64,000 nt of DNA from Holophagales bacterium UBA5704. GTDB lineage: Bacteria; Acidobacteriota; Thermoanaerobaculia; Multivoradales; UBA5704. The notes under the pieces were generated by a model that ran no database searches, was not told the DNA's origin, and was given only the letters and a program-made list of their open reading frames with translations. The DNA is taken from the NCBI GenBank assembly GCA_002420005.1, contig DIHE01000157.1:18296-82295 (forward strand), given 5' to 3'. The position numbers were made by a program, and so were the translations under genes. This document shows, piece by piece, positions 43,090-48,934 of this stretch (position 1 is its first letter; every line of letters starts with the position of its first letter).

Positions 43090-43880
43090 AAGACCTGCCA
43101 CGGGAGGAGATCCTCGCCCTGATCGACGCCGCACCGGCCCCACCGCCGGAGCAGCGGGTGCGCTACCGCGGTCTCACCCTCTGCGTGGTCATGGCCTCCT
43201 GGAACGAGGCCGGCAAGGTGGGGCCGGGAGTGGCCGCGGTGCCCCGCGACCTGGTGGACACCGTCTGCGTGGTGGACAACGGCTCGGTCGACGCCACCGC
43301 GGCGGAAGCCCGGGCGGCCGGTGCCGTGGTGATCTCCCACCCGCGCAACCTGGGGGCCGGCGGCGGCTACCGGTCGGGCTACGTCTACGGCCGCCGCAAG
43401 GGGTTCGACCTGATCGTCGAGCTGGCCGGCGACAACCAGGACGATCCGGCCGACATCCGGCACGTCGTGGACACTCTGATCGACGGCGGCTACGACTACG
43501 TCCACGGCTCGCGCTGGATGGCCGGGGGCACGCGGGTCAACATGACGGTCTCGCGCTCCTACCTCACCCGCCTCTACTCGTTCCTCTTCCGCACCTTGTT
43601 CGGCTTCCCGGCGACCGATGCCACCAACGGGTTCCGGGTGTTCAAGAGCTCGCTGCTGGATCATCCGCAGATCGATCTGTGGCAGGAGTGGCTCATCCAG
43701 TATGAGCTGGAGCCGTATTTCTTCATCCAGGTGGTGCGGCTGGGCCACCGCGTGGGCGAGGCGCCGGTGCGCAAGATCTACCACCGGGAGATGAAGAAGA
43801 ACACCAAGATGGTCCCCATCAAGAGCTGGTGGTCCATCCTGCGCCCGCTCTTCCTCCTGCGGCTGGGCCTCCGGAAGTGA
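43086..43880 (+). CDS. Glycosyltransferase family 2, polyprenyl-phosphate sugar transferase-like (DPM1/ArnC-type)
   Basis: GTG at 43086 overlaps the upstream TGA. LCVVMASWNEAGKV..VCVVDNGSVDAT..ELAGDNQDDP..TDATNGFRV. The C-terminal segment is hydrophobic. Confidence 0.78.
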   Translation: MKDLPREEILALIDAAPAPPPEQRVRYRGLTLCVVMASWNEAGKVGPGVAAVPRDLVDTVCVVDNGSVDATAAEARAAGAVVISHPRNLGAGGGYRSGYVYGRRKGFDLIVELAGDNQDDPADIRHVVDTLIDGGYDYVHGSRWMAGGTRVNMTVSRSYLTRLYSFLFRTLFGFPATDATNGFRVFKSSLLDHPQIDLWQEWLIQYELEPYFFIQVVRLGHRVGEAPVRKIYHREMKKNTKMVPIKSWWSILRPLFLLRLGLRK

Positions 43881-43941
43881 GCCACGCCGCCCCGGCCGAG
43901 GTCGGGACGGCGGGCAGGAACCCTGCATCGTGGGCAAGGAT

Positions 43942-43983
43942 GATCCGGTTTCGCGCATTTTCGAGTTGCGCGTCACGATCCGG
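43942..43983. promoter_or_regulatory. Inverted repeat flanked by direct GATCCGG repeats upstream of the HTH-TPR gene (candidate operator)
   Basis: GATCCGGtttCGCGCAttttcgagtTGCGCGtcacGATCCGG lies 50-90 nt upstream of ATG 44034 in a locally lower-GC spacer. Confidence 0.25.
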
Positions 43984-44033
43984 TCCCCGGGAGCACTTGT
44001 CCTTTTGAAGCGCTTCTTTCCTGGAGGACCCAC

Positions 44034-45503
44034 ATGCCCGAACCGAAACCAACCCCGGAAGGGGCCACCCTGCGATTTTTCCGCTTCGCGGAGGGGCTGG
44101 CCGAGAGCCAGCTGGGCAAACCGAACGGATTGGCGGAACAGACGATCGGCCGCCTCGAAAACGGCAAGGGACCCCTCCCGGTCGGCCGGATTGTGAAGCT
44201 GCTGTCCCCGTGGAAGGTTCCGCGCGAGGCGATCGAGACCGCCTTGCTCGCCCTCGAGATATCCCGTCCACCGGCCGATCCCGGGGCACCCACCGCGCCG
44301 ACGGCCGGCGAACGTCTGGCGCTCCAGGCGGCCGCCGTCGCAGCCGGCACGGCCTCCCTCCGGGCCACCCGCACCGTGCTGACCCGGGAGAGCCACCGCC
44401 GCCATGCCCGGCGGCACCGGCGCTGGGCGCAGAAGATCTGGGCGCGCCTCGCGCGTCTGCCGGAGAAACCCCAGGAAGCGGAGATCCAGGCGCTGCTCGG
44501 GGAGCCGAAGAGCTGGGCCTTGGCGGAACGGCTGGCCTGGGCCTCCGAGATCGCCGCGGCGGATCGCGCCAGCGAAGCCTTGCGCCTGGCTCGGCTCTCT
44601 CTGCGCGTGGTGGCGGCGAGCCCCGGGCCGGAGCTCTGGCTTCTGCGGCTGCGCGGCGCCCTGGAGCCTTTTCACGGCAACGCCCTGCGGGTCTCCGGCG
44701 ACCTGCCGGCCTCCGAAGCGTCGTTCGACCTCGCCGACGATTGCTGGAAACGCGGGGCCGGCGGTGACCCCGGCCAGCTCCTCGACGGCAGGCGGCCGCT
44801 CGACCTGAAGGCTTCTTTGCTCCGCCAGCGCGGAAGATTCGACGAAGCGATCCAGTTGCTCGACCGCGCCCTCGCCGCAAGCCCACCGAAAGCAGCGGCG
44901 CGCCTGTTGATCAAGAAGGCAGCCACCTACATTCGGGCCGGGGAGTACAAGCTGGCTCTCGAAGTTCTGGATCAAGCGGAGCCGAAGATCGACGAGTGGG
45001 GTGAGCGGCGGCTTTTGCTGGTGCATCGCTTCAGCCGCGCGAACAGCCTGTGCCACCTGGACCGTTATGCTGATGCCGAAGCATTGTTGCCATTGGTTGA
45101 CACGCTGACCGCAGAACTGGGAAATGAGCTGGACAAGCAGAGGACCCGCTGGCTACTAGGGCGAACCTGTCGGGGCCTCAACCGCTGGGTTGAAGCGCTC
45201 GCTGCGCTGAGTAAGGTGCGGGCGTATTTCCGCGACAAGCAGATCGCCTACGACTACGCCTTGGCCAGCCTGGAAGTGGCGGAGATCTACCTGGAGCAGG
45301 GCCAGACCCGGCTCGTCCAAGCGCTGGCCGAGGAGATGCTATGGCTCTTCAATGGGCAGAAGGTTCACAAAGAGGCCCTGGCGGCACTGACACTTTTCTG
45401 CCGTGCCGCCGAGGCGGACGTGCTCGAGCCGGAGTGGACCCGGCACCTGATCAAGTACCTCTACCGGGCGCAGTACAAGCCTGAGCTACGGTTCGAGCCG
45501 TGA
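44034..45503 (+). CDS. Transcriptional regulator: N-terminal XRE-like helix-turn-helix, C-terminal TPR-like helical repeats
   Basis: GGAGGA lies 6 nt upstream of the ATG. The N terminus LRFFRFAEGLAESQLGKPNGLAEQTIGRLENGKGPLPVGRIVKLL fits the XRE HTH pattern. The C-terminal ~250 aa is made of helical A/L-rich repeats (e.g. GRFDEAIQLLDRALA, GEYKLALEVLDQA, RYADAEALLPLV, WVEALAALSKV). Confidence 0.65.
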   Translation: MPEPKPTPEGATLRFFRFAEGLAESQLGKPNGLAEQTIGRLENGKGPLPVGRIVKLLSPWKVPREAIETALLALEISRPPADPGAPTAPTAGERLALQAAAVAAGTASLRATRTVLTRESHRRHARRHRRWAQKIWARLARLPEKPQEAEIQALLGEPKSWALAERLAWASEIAAADRASEALRLARLSLRVVAASPGPELWLLRLRGALEPFHGNALRVSGDLPASEASFDLADDCWKRGAGGDPGQLLDGRRPLDLKASLLRQRGRFDEAIQLLDRALAASPPKAAARLLIKKAATYIRAGEYKLALEVLDQAEPKIDEWGERRLLLVHRFSRANSLCHLDRYADAEALLPLVDTLTAELGNELDKQRTRWLLGRTCRGLNRWVEALAALSKVRAYFRDKQIAYDYALASLEVAEIYLEQGQTRLVQALAEEMLWLFNGQKVHKEALAALTLFCRAAEADVLEPEWTRHLIKYLYRAQYKPELRFEP

Positions 45504-45516
45504 AGGCAGTTGTGTC

Positions 45517-45831
45517 TTAGCCGCCGCAACGCCCACTGGGGTCCATTTCGCACCCGTTGTCGAGGGTCTCCGGGTAAGCTCTTGGCGCGCAACGCCCGCT
45601 GGGGTCAACCTCGCACCCGTTGTCGAGGGTCGCCGGAGCCTGCCGCGGCGCACAGCCGCCGTCAGGGTCAAACTCGCACCCGTTGTCGCCCCAGGCGGTG
45701 GTGAGGAAGGTCCAGAGGTCACCGAGGAAGCCCCAGGGCGCCGGGGTGGCGGGCTCGGCGGCGTGGAGGGGTGGGGCCGCGAGGAGCAGAGTGAGGACGA
45801 GGAGGCCGGTTTTCGTGAGAGGACGGACCAT
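45517..45831 (-). CDS. Small secreted peptide precursor (104 aa) with three tandem Cys-loop repeats
   Basis: ATG at 45831 with GGAG 6 nt upstream (minus strand ctGGAGcttgtcATG). Sec-type signal MVRPLTKTGLLVLTLLLAAPPLHA/AEP. Then an aromatic stretch WGFLGDLWTFLTTAWG, followed by DNGCEFDPDGGCAPRQAPATL, DNGCEVDPSGRCAPRAYPETL and DNGCEMDPSGRCGG-stop. I verified the translation codon by codon. The stop lies 13 nt from the convergent regulator stop. Confidence 0.6.
   Translation of the reverse strand: MVRPLTKTGLLVLTLLLAAPPLHAAEPATPAPWGFLGDLWTFLTTAWGDNGCEFDPDGGCAPRQAPATLDNGCEVDPSGRCAPRAYPETLDNGCEMDPSGRCGG
45520..45687 (-). repeat. 63-bp (21-codon) in-frame tandem repeat inside the peptide gene, 2.7 copies
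   Basis: Units at 45625-45687, 45562-45624 and 45520-45561 (truncated). Each encodes D-N-G-C-E-x-D-P-(D/S)-G-(G/R)-C. Confidence 0.85.
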
Positions 45832-45964
45832 GACAAGCTCCAGACGGGACGCGCTCCGCGGGAGCCTCCATGGCCGCCGGGACGCCTCCCGGCCTCCAGA
45901 TTGACAGGACCCGGCGCGGAAACCGGACGAAACGACCCCACAACGTAGGCTTTTCGAGCGGTGA

Positions 45965-46556
45965 CGGGCGGTTGGGGCAAGACCGGCAGGCGGGCTCCGC
46001 CCGAGGTCTGAGAGACTCAGACGTCGGGCGGAGTGGCCCGGATCGCGGGCGGAGAGGTCTGGACGTCGGGCGGGGGTACCCCCGCCCACGGGCGGAGTGG
46101 CCCGGATGTCGGGCGGAGGGGCTCCGCCCGCGAGCGGAGGGACCCGGACCTCGGGCGGAGGGTCCCGGATCGCGGGCGGAGGGACCCCTCCCCGCGGGCG
46201 GAGCAGCCCGGATCTCGGGCGGAGCCTCTCCGCCCGCGGGCGGAGGGACCCCGGCTCTCGGGCGGGGAGACTCGGATCGAGAGCGGGGAGGCCCGGATCG
46301 AGAGCGGGGAGGCGTGGACCGAGAGCGGAGAGGCGTGGACCGAGGGCGGAGAGGCCCGGGCCGAGAGCCGGCCGACCCGGGCCGAGACCCCGGAGGCCCC
46401 TCCCGAGAGCGGCGAGGCGCGCACCGAGAGCCGGGAGACCGGCACCGAGGGCGGAGCGGCGAGGATCGGGAGCGGGGAGGCCCGGACCTGGAGCCGGGAG
46501 GCTCGGATCGCGGGCGGATGGGCCACGGCCGAGGGCGGAGTGGCCCGGATCGAGGG
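45965..46556. repeat. Degenerate tandem array, ~28 units of 21-22 bp (core CGGGCGGAG / GAGAGCGGNGAGGCCCGGATC)
   Basis: The GCGG/GCCG anchor recurs at 46028, 46049, 46070, 46092, 46113, 46134, 46155, 46176, 46198, 46219, 46240 and 46262. From 46262 to 46535 it recurs every 21 nt exactly. Three units are 22 nt. All six frames are open across the array. Confidence 0.85.
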
Positions 46557-46584
46557 AAAGTACGACGACGGTCCCTCCCTGCCG

Positions 46585-46779
46585 TCAATCGCCCGTGCCC
46601 TCCCACCCACGGTCAGCGGTCCACCAGACCCCTTCGCCGGCACCGGGCGCAATCAGGTCCGCTGCATCGGCGGGGAGGCCTTCGGCCCAAGCGGCGAAAC
46701 CGGCGTCGGCCACCTCGAGGCTCTCCGGATGGGGCTGCCGGAGCGATTGCCGAAGCTGGTCGGTGCGGGCATTCGGCAT
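46585..46779 (-). CDS. Hypothetical small protein (64 aa); coding status uncertain
   Basis: ATG at 46779 is preceded on the minus strand by AGGAGAcggagccATG, a strong SD. It lies 52 nt downstream of the GT-A-like gene on the same strand and stops ~30 nt before the repeat array. An overlapping plus-strand frame has similar third-position GC, so this is a weak call. Confidence 0.3.
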   Translation of the reverse strand: MPNARTDQLRQSLRQPHPESLEVADAGFAAWAEGLPADAADLIAPGAGEGVWWTADRGWEGTGD

Positions 46780-46831
46780 GGCTCCGTCTCCTGACCGATC
46801 ATCCTCTGAATCCTTCTGAGTATACCTGCTT

Positions 46832-47695
46832 TCACGACCCCAGCCGCCGCTTCAGCTCGGCAGCCGCCAGGCTCCACCAGGGGCAGCCCGGCGCCGGCAC
46901 CGTCGTGAGCGCCACCGGCTCGGCTCCGGCCGCAGCGCGGGCCCACCCGGCGTAGAGCGGCAGCAGGGCACGCCGGGGGGTGACGAAATGCAGGGCGACG
47001 AGACCCTCCGGCGGCGTGAACCGCTCGCCCGGCAGCCGCACCCGGGACGGATCGACGAACCGGCAGCCGTGCCGCGCACCGAGGAGAGCCCAGGCGGTCT
47101 GCTCCACCCAGACCGGCGTCCGGTGGTACGCGGGATGCGCCAGGAACCACTCCAGCAGATCCGCGTCATACGCCGCGCGGGGAAACCCTACGATCCCGGT
47201 GTTGACGAACCCCGCGAGACGCAGGCGCGGCTCGCGCAGCACCTGCCACGAACGCACGGAGTAGGCGTGCTGGGTGTCGTGCAGGAACACCGTCTCGCCC
47301 TCGGCCCCCCACAAGCCGGAGAACGGCCGGAAGAAGAGGACGTCGGTGTCGCAGAACAGCAGGCGTTCCTCGGCACCGAGCACCGCCGCATCGACCAGCT
47401 TGAGCCCGAGCGGGTTCGTGCGCCGAAGCTCCCGCGTGGCCGGGCGGGCGGCCAGATGCTCCGCCAGACGCTCCTCGGCGTCGCCCCGCGCCACGATCTC
47501 CGGCTCCGCCAGACCCTCCGCCAACCGCGCCCGGTCCTCCCCGGTCAACGTCCCGTCGTCATGCAGCCGCAAGCGCACCGGCTCGGCCGCATGGGCCAGC
47601 AGGCTCCCCAGACAGAGCAGCGCCATGTCCACGTGAGAGTGGCCGAGGAGGGAGGTCACGACCAGCGGTGCCTGCACCCTCGGACCATACCACAT
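46832..47695 (-). CDS. GT-A-fold glycosyltransferase-like protein (GT8-like DxD)
   Basis: N-terminal strand PLVVTSLLGH, LLFCDTDVLFFRPF (DxD) and FVNTGIVGFPR. 287 aa from ATG 47695, and that ATG lies inside direct repeat R1. Confidence 0.55.
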   Translation of the reverse strand: MWYGPRVQAPLVVTSLLGHSHVDMALLCLGSLLAHAAEPVRLRLHDDGTLTGEDRARLAEGLAEPEIVARGDAEERLAEHLAARPATRELRRTNPLGLKLVDAAVLGAEERLLFCDTDVLFFRPFSGLWGAEGETVFLHDTQHAYSVRSWQVLREPRLRLAGFVNTGIVGFPRAAYDADLLEWFLAHPAYHRTPVWVEQTAWALLGARHGCRFVDPSRVRLPGERFTPPEGLVALHFVTPRRALLPLYAGWARAAAGAEPVALTTVPAPGCPWWSLAAAELKRRLGS

Positions 47696-47723
47696 ATACT
47701 CGCACGTATAAGGAGACCAACCG
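47638..47723. repeat. 86-bp direct repeat, copy R1
   Basis: Matches 48208-48293 with 6 mismatches (counted by eye). The offset is exactly 570 nt at both ends. It contains the 5' end of the GT-A-like gene and a degraded copy of the vapBC promoter, operator and SD. Confidence 0.9.
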
Positions 47724-47838
47724 AGCCGCGGAGCATAACCGGAGCTGCCTTGACTTCGAAGAGCCGGCAGGTGATACTTTTCATGGAGGCTCGGCCCAGG
47801 GGCTGCTGTTTGGTGGCTCCGAAGGCATTGCCTCCTTT

Positions 47839-48105
47839 TTATTCTCCAGCCTTCCTGGCCTCGTATGGATCCGGCACGAAAACGATGCCGTAGGAGTTGT
47901 AGCTGGCTCCTTCGCGGTACCCCTCAATTCGGAACTGAAGCTGAGTGAGCCAACTACCGTAGTTGTCGGTGATCTCCGGCCGGCCAGGCGCGTCCATCCC
48001 TCGACGCGGCAGACGAAAACCCCAGTTCACACAATAGATTGCCAGGTCTGCGGCTTGGATCGGGTAGGCCATGTCAGACGAAACGAAAAACGGAGCTGGA
48101 ACGAT
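47839..48105 (-). pseudogene. C-terminal fragment of a DUF3800-family gene
   Basis: ..FFVSSDMAYPIQAADLAIYCVNWGF.. resembles the C-terminal Q-x-ADL motif region of DUF3800. There is no N-terminal DESG-type region, and the upstream part of ORF 47839..48207 looks like non-coding read-through. The segment is visibly lower in GC than its surroundings. Confidence 0.4.
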
Positions 48106-48207
48106 CCAGGTCGACCGGAAACGCCCCCGCGAACTTCGTAAGGCATGGTTCGATGGTCGTGGCCGCTCTCGTCCAGAAACAGCAGATAGCTCATACCGAA
48201 ACCTCAA

Positions 48208-48293
48208 AGTGGCCGGCGAGGGAGGTCACGACCTGCGGTGCTTGCACCCTCGAACCATACCACATATACTCGCACGTATAAGGAGGCCAACCG
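48208..48293. repeat. 86-bp direct repeat, copy R2
   Basis: See R1. This copy carries the intact promoter/SD of vapB and a 24-codon dead-end duplicate of the GT-A-like N terminus (MWYGSRVQAPQVVTSLAGH...stop). Confidence 0.9.
48242..48270 (+). promoter_or_regulatory. Sigma-70-type promoter of vapBC with overlapping palindromic operator
   Basis: TTGCAC (48242-48247) - 17 nt - TATACT (48265-48270). Palindrome TATAC-tcgcac-GTATA at 48265-48280. SD AGGAGG at 48281-48286 lies 7 nt before TTG 48294. Confidence 0.5.
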
Positions 48294-48524
48294 TTGAGCC
48301 AGCTCACCCTCTACCTGGATGCAGAGACCGAGAGCCGCATGAAGGCGGCAGCCAAGGCGTCCGGCGTCTCCCTCAGCCGCTGGGTGGCGGGCCTGATCCG
48401 CGAGAAGACGGCGAACCGGTGGCCCGATTCGGTCGCGCAGCTGGCGGGCGCCTGGGCCGATTTTCCGACTGCGGAAGAGATCCGCGCCGGCCTGGGCGAG
48501 GACGCGCCGCGCGAGCCCCTCTGA
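48294..48524 (+). CDS. vapB: Ribbon-helix-helix antitoxin (VapB-type)
   Basis: 76 aa with a TTG start. LTLYLDAETESRMKAAAKASGVSLSRWVAGLIREK is a CopG/RHH pattern. The stop overlaps the ATG of the PIN toxin gene. Confidence 0.75.
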   Translation: MSQLTLYLDAETESRMKAAAKASGVSLSRWVAGLIREKTANRWPDSVAQLAGAWADFPTAEEIRAGLGEDAPREPL

Positions 48525-48916
48525 TGTATGCACTCGACACCAACATCCTGAGCTACTTCTTCAAGGGGATCGGACAGGTGGCAGAGCGCCTGCTGGCGAC
48601 GCCGCCTTCCGAGATCGCCATTCCCTCGGTCGTCCTCTTCGAGCTGGAATTCGGGCTGGAACGGTCGAGCCGCGCCGCCCAGCGGCGCGAACAGCTTCAG
48701 GAGCTGCTGTCCCTTCTGACGATTCTACCCTTCGGATCGGCAGAGGCCCGGGCGGTGGCGGTGATCCGCGCGGATCTGGAGCGCGCCGGGACCCCGATCG
48801 GCCCTTATGATCTGTTGATCGCCGGGACCGCCCTCCATCATGGAGCCGTCCTGGTCACCCACAACACGAAGGAGCTCGGGCGCGTGCGTGGGTTGAAGCT
48901 GGAAGACTGGACCTGA
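48524..48916 (+). CDS. vapC: PIN-domain toxin (VapC-type ribonuclease)
   Basis: MYALDTNILSYFFKG (first acidic residue)...FELEFG...YDLLIAGTALHHGAVLVTHNTKE; 130 aa. ATG at 48524 overlaps TGA 48522-48524. Confidence 0.88.
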   Translation: MYALDTNILSYFFKGIGQVAERLLATPPSEIAIPSVVLFELEFGLERSSRAAQRREQLQELLSLLTILPFGSAEARAVAVIRADLERAGTPIGPYDLLIAGTALHHGAVLVTHNTKELGRVRGLKLEDWT

Positions 48917-48934
48917 CACGGAACGAGGAAACGC

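Noticed and set aside
45965-46556. CRISPR array
   Set aside because: The units are contiguous with no unique spacers. They are only 21-22 nt and degenerate, and no cas genes are present in the window.
45520-46556. A common origin for the 63-bp peptide-gene repeats and the 21-bp upstream array (63 = 3 x 21)
   Set aside because: Comparing the two consensus sequences by eye, on both strands, shows no similarity. The numerical relation may be coincidental. A proper alignment would be needed to revisit this.
45719-46955. Long ORFs in all six frames across the tandem array (e.g. 45870..46955 +, 46033..46794 +, 46097..46819 +, 45719..46606 -, 46017..46652 -)
   Set aside because: The frames are open only because the repeat lacks stop codons. 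Composition cannot distinguish the two best frames. I saw no convincing start/SD for the plus-strand candidates, and three 22-nt units shift the frame in the first half. These are reported as a finding, not as CDS.
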